Shown piece after piece: positions 19,355 to 29,378 of a DNA stretch of 64,000 nt. Both the position numbers and the translations under genes were made by a program. Numbering within the stretch: the first letter of the stretch is position 1; the number at the start of each line of letters is the position of its first letter. The stretch comes from Acidobacteria bacterium UBA2161 (GTDB lineage Bacteria; Acidobacteriota; Vicinamibacteria; Vicinamibacterales; UBA823). Below the pieces are notes generated by a model, which saw only the letters and a list, made by a program, of their open reading frames with translations, ran no database searches and was not told where the DNA came from. Location of the stretch: assembly GCA_002328835.1 (NCBI GenBank), contig DCWN01000043.1:17740-81739 (forward strand), given 5' to 3'.

Positions 19355-19390
19355 TCAATGCGCGACGCGGTGCTCCGGAGGAGCACCTTC

Positions 19391-20838
<1,448 letters not shown>

Positions 20839-20842
<4 letters not shown>

Positions 20843-21975
20843 AGATCTGCATCGTCGGAGGCGGTCCGGCCGGGCTGTACTTCGCGATCCTGATGAAGCA
20901 GCTCGACCCATCGCAGGAGATTACCATCCTCGAGCGCGACGGCCCGAACGATACGTTCGGGTGGGGCATCGTCTTCTCGGACCAGACGTTCGGCTACCTG
21001 GAATCGAGCGACGCGCCCTCATTCACCCGGATCGTCGAGTCGTGCCAGACCTGGGACAACGTCGACATCGTCCACCACGGCGAGAAGGTGTCGATCCACG
21101 GCAACCGCTTCTCGGGGATCGCGCGGCTGGCTTTTCTGAACATCTTGCACGCGCGCTGCCGCGAGCTGGGCGTGGACGTCCGGTTTGGCACGAACATCAC
21201 CGATCGCACGCAGCTTCCGCCGCACGATCTGCTCGTTGGCGCGGATGGGGCCAACAGCTTGCTTCGGCAGTGGTTCAGCGACGGTCTGCGGCCGACGATC
21301 GACCGGCGCAAGAACAGGTACATCTGGCTCGGCACGCCGCGGCTGTTCCACGGCCTCACCCTGACCTTCCATGCGACCGAGGCCGGGCCGTTCGCTTCGC
21401 ACGCCTACAAGTTCAGCGAGACCGCAAGCACGTTCATCGTCGAGTGCGCCGAGGAAACCTGGGCGCGCGCCGAGTTGGAGGGGAAGTCGGGCGAGGAGAC
21501 CTGCGCCTATCTCGAGGAAGTGTTCGCCGACGATCTGCACGGCGAGCCGTTGCTGACGAACAACTTCGTGCGCTGGATCAACTTTCCACTCGTCAAGAAC
21601 CAGCACTGGCAGGACGGCAACGTCGTCTTGCTGGGCGACGCGCTGCACACGGCGCACTTCTCGATCGGGTCAGGCACGAAGCTGGCGCTCGAGGACGCGA
21701 TCGCGCTGGCCCAGGCGTTCGAGGCCAACCCCCGGATCGACGCCGCCCTGCCGGCGTTCGAGCGGGCCCGCAAAGCGATCGTCGACCGACTGCAGGACGC
21801 CGCCGAGTCGAGCCTGGTCTGGTTCGAGCAGATGGGCGACTACCTGCACTTGCCGCCGCTGCCCTTCGCCTACGAGGCGATGACGCGCAGCGGTCGGGTC
21901 GACCGCGAGAAGCTGCGGAAGCGCGACCCGAAGTTCGTCGCGGCCTACGAGCGGGGAGCGGCCAACGATGACTGA
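20839..21975 (+). CDS. FAD-dependent aromatic-ring monooxygenase (salicylyl-CoA/2-aminobenzoyl-CoA hydroxylase-like)
   Basis: ATGA overlap with the OYE stop. MKICIVGGGPAGLYFAILMK...NDTFGWGIVFSD...LLGDALHTAHFSIGSGTKLALEDA. Confidence 0.85.
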
Positions 21976-22438
21976 CGACTTCTACCGGGTCAACGTGCGG
22001 GTGCACTGGGCCGACACCGATGCGGCCGGCGTGGTCTGGTTCGGCAACTTCCTTCGGTTCTTCGAAGAAGCCGAGGACGAATTGTTCCGGGCGCTGGGCC
22101 GGACGCGGATGGAGCTGATCGAAGACTTCGGGATCCTCATGCCGCGTGCCGAGGCGTCATGCCGCTTCCGGTCGCCGGCGCGGGCGGAGGAGGTGCTGGA
22201 GATCGGGATCGCCGTCGAGTCGATCACCGACCGCCGCATCGCCTACAAGTTCGAGGCCCGCGAACGTGACACGCGCCGCCTGGTCTGCGAGGGGGCTTAC
22301 CGCGTCGCGTGCGTCAGCCAGAAGACCTTCAAGGCGACGGAGTTTCCGGCGAAGCTGCGCGGGCTGTTCAAGCGTATGGACGAGCTGGTGACCGCGCAGC
22401 GGCAGGACAAGAGCGAGCGCGGTGCCGGCTGGGCGTGA
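21968..22438 (+). CDS. 4HBT/YbgC-type acyl-CoA thioesterase
   Basis: 8-nt overlap with the upstream gene. VRVHWADTDAAGVVWFGNFLRFFEEAEDELF is the hot-dog thioesterase signature. Confidence 0.85.
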   Translation: MTDDFYRVNVRVHWADTDAAGVVWFGNFLRFFEEAEDELFRALGRTRMELIEDFGILMPRAEASCRFRSPARAEEVLEIGIAVESITDRRIAYKFEARERDTRRLVCEGAYRVACVSQKTFKATEFPAKLRGLFKRMDELVTAQRQDKSERGAGWA

Positions 22439-22444
22439 AGATGC

Positions 22445-22470
22445 TGTGGCGCGGGACTTCAGTCCCGAGG
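22445..22470. repeat. REP-like hairpin directly after the thioesterase stop
   Basis: TGTGGCGCGGGAC-TTCA-GTCCCGAGG. 6-bp stem at 22452-22457/22462-22467. Same motif family as 58617 and 19330 (rc). Confidence 0.6.
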
Positions 22471-22667
22471 TCCTTCGTGCCCTCCGCGTTCTGGTCTCCT
22501 GTCCGTCCCGGACACCGGCGCGTGCGAGCGTGATCGCTCGCGCAGGCGAGAAAATCTCCGCGGAGTACAGCGCAATCGATGGCACAATTGGCACGACCGA
22601 CGGGCCTTGATCGTCTTGGCCGGACGTCGCTCGGGACTCGGATCACCCGGTCGGAGGGGGAGCGCGC

Positions 22668-23141
22668 GTGGTTCAGGCTTGGGGCGTGACGGTGCTGCGA
22701 CTGATGGTCGGAGCGGTCTTCGTCGCGCATGGGTTGCCGAAACTCCTGCCACTCTGGGGCGCCAGCCCCGCGCGCATGGCCACCCTGTTCGAGGCGGCCG
22801 GGTTGCAGCCCGGGCTGCTCCTGGTGCTCGCCGTCGGCGTCGTCGAACTGGTCGGCGGGGCCGCGCTGTTCGTCGGTGTCTTCACCCGCCTCATGGCGCT
22901 GCCGCTGGCGATCGAGATGGGCGTGGCGATCTGGAAGGTGCACTGGCCGAACGGTTTCTTTCTCAACCTCTTGCTCGAGCCGGGCGTCGAGCACGGCTTC
23001 GAGTACGCGCTCGTCCTGTTCGGGGCGTTGTGCTGCCTGATGCTGGCCGGTCCGGGCGCGCTCTCGATCGACGCCTACCGGACCCATGCGGCCGAGTCGG
23101 CGGCCGAGGGTCGGGCACGCCTCCGGCGCAGCAAGGTGTAG
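22668..23141 (+). CDS. DoxX-family membrane protein
   Basis: GTG start after GGAGGGGGAG. LRLMVGAVFVAHGLPKL and four TM segments. Confidence 0.8.
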   Translation: MVQAWGVTVLRLMVGAVFVAHGLPKLLPLWGASPARMATLFEAAGLQPGLLLVLAVGVVELVGGAALFVGVFTRLMALPLAIEMGVAIWKVHWPNGFFLNLLLEPGVEHGFEYALVLFGALCCLMLAGPGALSIDAYRTHAAESAAEGRARLRRSKV

Positions 23142-23187
23142 TCGTCAGATCGTTGGCCGCGCCTCACTCGATCGTCGGGACCCCACG

Positions 23188-23928
23188 ATGCAGCTGACGG
23201 GACGTGCCGCCCTGCTGACGGGTGGCAAACGGATCGGCGCCGCCGTCGCCGATGCCCTCGCGGAAGGCGGCGCCGACGTCGCGCTGTCGTTCAACCACTC
23301 CCGCGACGAGGCCGAGCGGGCTGCCGACGCGATTCGAGCGCGCGGACGGCAGGCGTTCATCGCGCCTGCCGACCTGGGCGACCCGTCGGCCTGCGACAGG
23401 CTCGTGCGCGACGCTGCCGCGGCGCTCGGGCGGCTCGACATCCTCGTGCACATGGCGTCGGTGTACACGAAGACGCCGTTCGACGAACTTACCGTCGACG
23501 ACTGGGATCGCGCGATGGCGGTCGATCTGCGCGGGGCCTTTCTGTGCGCGCGCGCGGCAGTGCCGCACATGCGTCAGCAGGGCGGCGGACGGATCGTCGT
23601 CTTCTCGGACTGGACGGCCCGCGGCGGCCGGCCGACCTACACGGGCTACCTGCCCTACTATGTGGCGAAGGCCGGCGCGGGCGCGCTGGCCGAGGTGCTC
23701 GCGCTGGAACTGGCCCCCGACGGCATCCTGGTCAACGCGATCGCGCCGGGGCCGATTCGCTCGCCGGTGGATCTGGATGACGCCGCGAGTGATGCTGTGA
23801 CCCGGGCGACGCCGCTCGGCCGCTGGGGCGGAGACGAGGAGATCGCGAAGGCAGTGCGTGCGCTGGTCGAGAGCGATTTCACGACGGGCGAGACGATCCG
23901 CGTCGACGGCGGCCGTCACTTGCGCTGA
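23188..23928 (+). CDS. Short-chain dehydrogenase/reductase (SDR)
   Basis: Start MQLTGRAALLTGGKRIGAA. Catalytic YYVAKAG. C-terminal TGETIRVDGG. Confidence 0.85.
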   Translation: MQLTGRAALLTGGKRIGAAVADALAEGGADVALSFNHSRDEAERAADAIRARGRQAFIAPADLGDPSACDRLVRDAAAALGRLDILVHMASVYTKTPFDELTVDDWDRAMAVDLRGAFLCARAAVPHMRQQGGGRIVVFSDWTARGGRPTYTGYLPYYVAKAGAGALAEVLALELAPDGILVNAIAPGPIRSPVDLDDAASDAVTRATPLGRWGGDEEIAKAVRALVESDFTTGETIRVDGGRHLR

Positions 23929-23935
23929 GGTAGCC

Positions 23936-25129
23936 TCACGCGCGGACGGCTAGCAGCGTCTTCAGCGAGGCCAGCGCCCCAGTCAGTTCCCGGCGCTCTT
24001 TGGCGAAGCACAGCCGGATGTAGCCCTCACCGTGAGCGCCGAAATCGGCGCCCGGCACGCACCCGATCCGACCCTCCTTGATCAGGTACTCGACGAGCGC
24101 CCAGGAGAGCGACTCGGGCTCGGCCGTCGCGTCGGGCGGACGCCAGTCGGGATCGATGCGGAGGAATGCGTAGAACGCTCCTTTCGGTGGCTCGCCGCTC
24201 AGGACGCCCGATCCGAGTTCGGCGATGCCTGCGTAGAAGAGGTCGCGGCGGGCCTGCAACTCGACCCGGAACGCCTCGACCTGCGCCTGGCCGTTCTCCA
24301 GCCCGCCGACGCCGCCCCACTGCACGACGGTCCCGATGTTGCTGCAGGTGTAGTAGAGGACCTTCTTGATCCGCTCGTGAACGGTCCGGTCCTTGACGGC
24401 CAGGTAGCCGAGGCGCAGTCCGGTCATCGCGTAGGACTTGCTGAACGTATAGACTGGGATCGTCCGGTCGTACATTCCCGGTAGCGACGCGATGCTCATA
24501 TGGCGCTCGCCGTCGAAGACGACATCCTCGTAGGCTTCGTCGGAGATCACCCACAGGTCGCGTTCGGTCGCGACCGCCGCGATCCGTTCCATGTCGACCC
24601 GCGTGAGCACGCCGCCGGTTGGGTTCTGGGGTGAGTTGAGCAGGATTGCGCGGGTCTTCGGCGTGATTTTCGACTCCAGTTCGTCCAGGTCGGGTCGCCA
24701 CTGGCGCGATTCATAAAGCGGGCAGTCGACGGTCACGCCGTGGGCGGACTGGATGGTGCCGCGAGTTGTCGGCCACATCGGATCCGCGCACAATACCTCG
24801 TCACCCGGCTCGAGCAGGCCATGGAAGATGACGTAGAGAGCGTGAATGCCCCCGTTGGTCACCATGACGTCGTCGACCGTGTCGATCGGAATGTGGTTTC
24901 GGTCGCGGAGTCTTTCGAAGATGAGTTCGCGCAGCCGCGGGATGCCGAGGGTCTGCACGTAGTGGGTCTTGTTCTCCGCGATGGCGCGATTCATCGCGGC
25001 CTTGACCGCGTCGGGTGCGTCGAAGCCGACGTCGCCTTGATCGAGTCGGTACGGATTCTCGAGCCCGAACATCATGTCGCGGATGCGCATGATGCCGGAG
25101 GAGGGGATGGAGTCGAGGTAGCGGCCCAT
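23936..25129 (-). CDS. PLP-dependent aminotransferase, class I/II
   Basis: Start MGRYLDSIPSSGIMRIRD (ATG comp. 25127-25129). NSPQNPTGG. PLP-Lys block FSKSYAMTGLRLGY. Confidence 0.88.
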   Translation of the reverse strand: MGRYLDSIPSSGIMRIRDMMFGLENPYRLDQGDVGFDAPDAVKAAMNRAIAENKTHYVQTLGIPRLRELIFERLRDRNHIPIDTVDDVMVTNGGIHALYVIFHGLLEPGDEVLCADPMWPTTRGTIQSAHGVTVDCPLYESRQWRPDLDELESKITPKTRAILLNSPQNPTGGVLTRVDMERIAAVATERDLWVISDEAYEDVVFDGERHMSIASLPGMYDRTIPVYTFSKSYAMTGLRLGYLAVKDRTVHERIKKVLYYTCSNIGTVVQWGGVGGLENGQAQVEAFRVELQARRDLFYAGIAELGSGVLSGEPPKGAFYAFLRIDPDWRPPDATAEPESLSWALVEYLIKEGRIGCVPGADFGAHGEGYIRLCFAKERRELTGALASLKTLLAVRA

Positions 25130-25194
25130 GGCGCAGCGTGGCACAGTGCGCCGTATCTTGGCAATGCCGTTCAGGGCAGGGGCAGGAGCAGACG

Positions 25195-25380
25195 ATGACG
25201 GATGACGGCGCGGACGTGAAACTGGCACAGACCGATTACGAGATCCTCGAGTTACTTCGCCGGCGCTGGAGCCCGCGGGCGTTCGCCGACCGCGCGATGG
25301 CGCGCGCGCCTCGGACCCGCCGGCCGATCGCAGAACTTGCATTCGCGGGTGCGTGGGGCCAGCCGCTGGCGAAGCGTTGA
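25195..25380 (+). pseudogene. 61-codon ORF resembling only the N-terminus of a nitroreductase-family protein (probable remnant)
   Basis: AGGAG 6 nt upstream of ATG 25195. MTDDGADVKLAQTDYEILELLRRRWSPRAFADRA resembles the nitroreductase N-terminal RRSxRxF block. No frame continues into the expected ..APS..N.QPW.. block. Confidence 0.3.
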
Positions 25381-25384
25381 CGCG

Positions 25385-26362
25385 ATGTCCACCGATCCGA
25401 TTCCTACCCTAGCCGCCGTGCCCGCGCTCTCGCTCGGGCACTATCCGACACCGGTCGAGGAGCTCTGCGGCCTGCGCGCGGCGCTGGGCGGCGGCCCGAG
25501 GATCTTCGTGAAACGCGACGACGCGATCGCGTTCGGCTTCGGGGGCAACAAGGTTCGCAAGCTGGAGTTGGTGGCCGCCCGCGCGCTCAGCGAGAGTGCA
25601 GACACACTGATCACGGCAGGCGGGGTGCAGTCGAACCACGCCCGCGTCACCGCGGCGGTGGCGGCGCGCCATGGGATGAACTGCCTGATCGTCGCGAACG
25701 GCGAGCCCCCGGAAACACCATCGGCGAACGCGCTGCTCGATCGGCTGTTCGGTGCCGAGGTGCAGTATGTGGCGTCGCGCGACGAACGATCGACCGCCAT
25801 GGCCGCGGCCGCAGTCCGGCTGACGGCGACGGGTCGTCGTCCACACGTGATCCCCGTCGGCGCGTCCACCCCACTTGGCGCGCTGGGCTACGTCCGCGCG
25901 GTGGCGGAGTTGGTGGATCAGATGCCGGCACCCGATGTCATCGTCCACGCCAGCTCGTCGGGCGGCACCCAGGCGGGCCTCGTCGCGGGGTGCCGGCTGT
26001 ACGCACTGCGTACTCGCGTCATCGGGGTGAGCCCGGACGATTCGGCCGAGGCGCTGCACCGAACGGTCGGTGCCCTGATTGATGGAATCGAGTTGACCCT
26101 CCGCCTGGCACCGGGGTCGCTGTCGGCCGGGCCCGCGTCCGAGGTCGACGATGCGTTCGTCGGGGACGGCTACGGAATTCCCACCGAGGCCTCTCGCGAG
26201 GCGATCGACCTGCTGGCGCGTCGAGACGCCATCCTGCTTGACCCCACCTACACCGCCAAGGCGATGGCGGCGCTGGTCTCCTACGTCAGGGCGGGACGGT
26301 TTCGAGACGACCAGACGGTCCTGTTCTGGCATACGGGCGGCCAGGTGAACCTGTTCGCCTGA
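25385..26362 (+). CDS. D-cysteine desulfhydrase / ACC deaminase-family PLP enzyme
   Basis: Start MSTDPIP (ATG 25385). KRDDAIAFGFGGNKVRKLE. GGVQSNHARVTA. C-terminal LDPTYTAKAMAAL ... FWHTGG. Confidence 0.88.
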   Translation: MSTDPIPTLAAVPALSLGHYPTPVEELCGLRAALGGGPRIFVKRDDAIAFGFGGNKVRKLELVAARALSESADTLITAGGVQSNHARVTAAVAARHGMNCLIVANGEPPETPSANALLDRLFGAEVQYVASRDERSTAMAAAAVRLTATGRRPHVIPVGASTPLGALGYVRAVAELVDQMPAPDVIVHASSSGGTQAGLVAGCRLYALRTRVIGVSPDDSAEALHRTVGALIDGIELTLRLAPGSLSAGPASEVDDAFVGDGYGIPTEASREAIDLLARRDAILLDPTYTAKAMAALVSYVRAGRFRDDQTVLFWHTGGQVNLFA

Positions 26363-26460
26363 AGTCTGAGGATCGTCGTCGATCTCTGATACATTTCCAC
26401 ATTGAATCTTCCTGCCTGACTTCGCCCGAGCATCGGGCGGCCACAGCAGGTTGCGGACGG

Positions 26461-27309
26461 ATGAAGACCTTCCTGACGGGCATCGCCATCGCATCGGTCG
26501 CGTCGGCAGCGTCGGCCCAGCCGCTGACGCTCGACGAACTGCTGTTCCGCGCGAACCAGTCCGTCATCGCCTACGAGCAAGTCTTCTCGAATGCCGTGAC
26601 CGAGGAGAGCTACGAGCAGCGGATCGTTCGATTCGACGGCAGCCCGCGTGGGGAGCGTCAGTTGCGGTCCGACATGCTGTTCATCCAGTTGCCCGGCGCA
26701 GTCTCGTGGCTCGGCTTTCGCGATGTCTTCGAGGTTGACGGCGAGCCGGTGCGCGACCGCGACGCACGGCTGCAGGAGCTGTTTCTCGGGGACGCGCGCC
26801 CCGCGGTCGAGCAGGCGACGACCATCGCGCTGGAAAGCGCACGCTACAACATTGGGGACCTGGTGCGAACGGTCAACCTCCCGACCATCGCTTTGGCCTT
26901 TCTGCACCCGCTCAACCAGCACCGGTTCGACTTCGAGCATCTCGGCGAGGCGACGGTCGACGGGCGGTCGGCCTGGATCGTCGGATACAGCGAGCAGACG
27001 CGGCCGACGTTCGTCCAGAGCCGGGGCGGCGACACCTTCGCGCGGGGGCGATTCTGGCTCGACGTGCAAACCGGGCAGACGTTGCGGAGCGAGTTGATCC
27101 TGGGCACGTCGCGCAGCGAGATCTTGACGACGATTACGGTCGACTACCGCAAGGACGCAGCCCTGACCTTGTGGGTCCCTGAGTCGATGCACGAAGTCTA
27201 CGAGCGGCCACGTCGCTCGCGCGCCGATCGCATCGAGGCCACGGCCACATATTCGAATTTCAGGCAGTTCGGCGTGCAGACCGAGGAATCCGTGCGGGTC
27301 CCCCGATGA
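26461..27309 (+). CDS. Secreted protein, unknown function
   Basis: 282-aa ORF with signal peptide (ASAASAQP). Good GC3. No recognisable catalytic motif. Confidence 0.65.
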   Translation: MKTFLTGIAIASVASAASAQPLTLDELLFRANQSVIAYEQVFSNAVTEESYEQRIVRFDGSPRGERQLRSDMLFIQLPGAVSWLGFRDVFEVDGEPVRDRDARLQELFLGDARPAVEQATTIALESARYNIGDLVRTVNLPTIALAFLHPLNQHRFDFEHLGEATVDGRSAWIVGYSEQTRPTFVQSRGGDTFARGRFWLDVQTGQTLRSELILGTSRSEILTTITVDYRKDAALTLWVPESMHEVYERPRRSRADRIEATATYSNFRQFGVQTEESVRVPR

Positions 27310-27344
27310 TAGTGGCGCGACGCCGGGGCCGTCGAACGGGCTTC

Positions 27345-29378
27345 ATGATGCGGCGAGGAGTGACGATGGTGGTGCTCGGGTTGAGTGTGGGAAGCGTGGC
27401 GGCGTGTGGTGGTGGAGTCAGCCGCTCGCCGGACCAAGCGCCTGCGGTGGATCGGGCGGTGGACCGGCCGTATCTGTTGGAACGTGTCGGCGAGGCCGCG
27501 GTCGTCCAGCTGTACGCCGACGGGTTCGACGCACTGCCGCTCGATCAGAAGATTCTCGTCTATCACCTCTACCGGGCGGCGCTCGCCGGACGCGACATCT
27601 TCTACGACCAGCGCTACATGCACAACCTCGACATGCGCGAGGTGCTCGAGCAGATCCTGACCCATGCGGACGGCGTGGACCCGGAGACGCGGGCCGAGGT
27701 CGAGCACTATACGAAGCTCTTCTGGATCAATACCGGTCCCTACAACAACCTCACCGCGCGCAAGTTCGTCCTCACGAGTAGCCCCGAGGCCTTCGCGGCG
27801 GCCGCGCATGCAGCGGCCGCCTCGGGCGCCGCGTTTCCGATCCGCGACGGCGAAACGCTCGATGCGATGCTGGCGCGTATGGCGCCGCTGTTCTTCGACG
27901 CCTCGGTCGATCCGAGCGTGACGAGCAAGACCCCGGGCGCGGGCCAGGACATTCTGGCGGCGAGCGCGAACAACCTGTATGTCGACGTCACCATGGACGA
28001 TTTCGAGGGGTTCACCGAGCAGTACGCGCTGAATTCACGGCTCGTCAAGCGCGACGGTCGGCTCGTCGAGGAGGTCTACAAGATTGACGGCAAGTACGGC
28101 CAGCCGATCGCCGAGATCGTCGGTCATCTGGAGGCCGCGGTGCCCTATGCGACCGCGCCGATGGCCGAGGCGCTCCGCGCGCTGATCCGCTTCTACCAGA
28201 CCGGCGAGGCGGCCGATCGTGAGGCGTACGACATCGCCTGGGTGCGGGACGATGCATCGCCCGTCGACACGATCAACGGCTTCATCGAGGTCTACATGGA
28301 CGCGCGCGGCGCGAAGGGCGCGTGGGAGGCGCTCGTCTACTACGTCAACCGGGAGAAGACCGAAGCCATCCGGACCCTGGCCGAGAATGCCCAGTGGTTC
28401 GAGGACCGGATGCCGTGGGATCCGCAGTATCGCAAGGACGGGGTCCGTGGCATCACGGCCAACGCCATCGACGTCGTCATCGAGACGGGCGAGTCGGGGC
28501 CGGTCACGCCGATCGGGATCAACCTGCCGAACGACCAGGCGGTGCGGGAGGAGTACGGCAGTAAGTCCGTCTCGCTGTCCAATGTCGTCGTGACGTATGA
28601 CCGCTCGATGCCTGGCGGGTTCCGCACCGAGTTTGCCTGGACGGCCGAAGAGGTCGCGCGTGCCGAGCGCTGGAGCAGCTTCGCGGGCGAGCTGACGACG
28701 AACATGCACGAGGTGATCGGGCACGCCTCGGGCAGGCTGGCGGACCATTTGAATGGGAACCCGCAGGCCGTGCTGAACGAGCAGTACTCGGCGCTCGAGG
28801 AGAGCCGAGCCGATCTGGTGGCGCTGTACTTTCTTCCCGATCCGAAGCTGGTCGAGCTGGGCCTCGTGCCGGCCGAGAGTCACGACGAGGTCGTGCTGGC
28901 CGAGTACGAGGGCTACACGCGCAATGCCATCGTGCAGCTGCGCCGCGTGCGCGAGGGAACGCAGCTCGAGGAAGATCATATGCGGAACCGGCAGATGATC
29001 GTCCGCTGGCTGATGGACAACACGAACGCCATCGAGGAACGCGAGCGCGACGGCAAGACGTTCTACGAGATGACGGACGCGGCGGCGTTTCGTGAGGGCG
29101 TCGGGCGACTGCTGGCGGAGGTTCAGCGGATCAAGTCGGAAGGCGACTATGACGCCGCGAAGCAGTTGTTCGAATCGTACGGGATCCATTTTGATCCGGT
29201 GTTGCGAGATCAGATCGTCCAGAGGGTGGTTGCGCTCGACCTGCCGTCCTATTCGGGGTTCGTGCAGCCGAAGCTCGAAGCCGTGATGGGTGCGGACGGT
29301 GCGGTCGCCGATGTCGCGATCTCCTATCCGAACGACCTCATGACGCAGATGCTCGAGTACTCGGGCAACCTGCCGTGA
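27345..29378 (+). CDS. Dipeptidyl-peptidase III-like zinc metallopeptidase (M49), lipoprotein
   Basis: MMRRGVTMVVLGLSVGSVAACGG lipobox. HEVIGHASG and EESRADLVALYF match the M49 HExxGH / EExR(A/K)(E/D) motifs. The start could instead be ATG 27306 (ATGA overlap with the upstream stop). Confidence 0.8.
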   Translation: MMRRGVTMVVLGLSVGSVAACGGGVSRSPDQAPAVDRAVDRPYLLERVGEAAVVQLYADGFDALPLDQKILVYHLYRAALAGRDIFYDQRYMHNLDMREVLEQILTHADGVDPETRAEVEHYTKLFWINTGPYNNLTARKFVLTSSPEAFAAAAHAAAASGAAFPIRDGETLDAMLARMAPLFFDASVDPSVTSKTPGAGQDILAASANNLYVDVTMDDFEGFTEQYALNSRLVKRDGRLVEEVYKIDGKYGQPIAEIVGHLEAAVPYATAPMAEALRALIRFYQTGEAADREAYDIAWVRDDASPVDTINGFIEVYMDARGAKGAWEALVYYVNREKTEAIRTLAENAQWFEDRMPWDPQYRKDGVRGITANAIDVVIETGESGPVTPIGINLPNDQAVREEYGSKSVSLSNVVVTYDRSMPGGFRTEFAWTAEEVARAERWSSFAGELTTNMHEVIGHASGRLADHLNGNPQAVLNEQYSALEESRADLVALYFLPDPKLVELGLVPAESHDEVVLAEYEGYTRNAIVQLRRVREGTQLEEDHMRNRQMIVRWLMDNTNAIEERERDGKTFYEMTDAAAFREGVGRLLAEVQRIKSEGDYDAAKQLFESYGIHFDPVLRDQIVQRVVALDLPSYSGFVQPKLEAVMGADGAVADVAISYPNDLMTQMLEYSGNLP

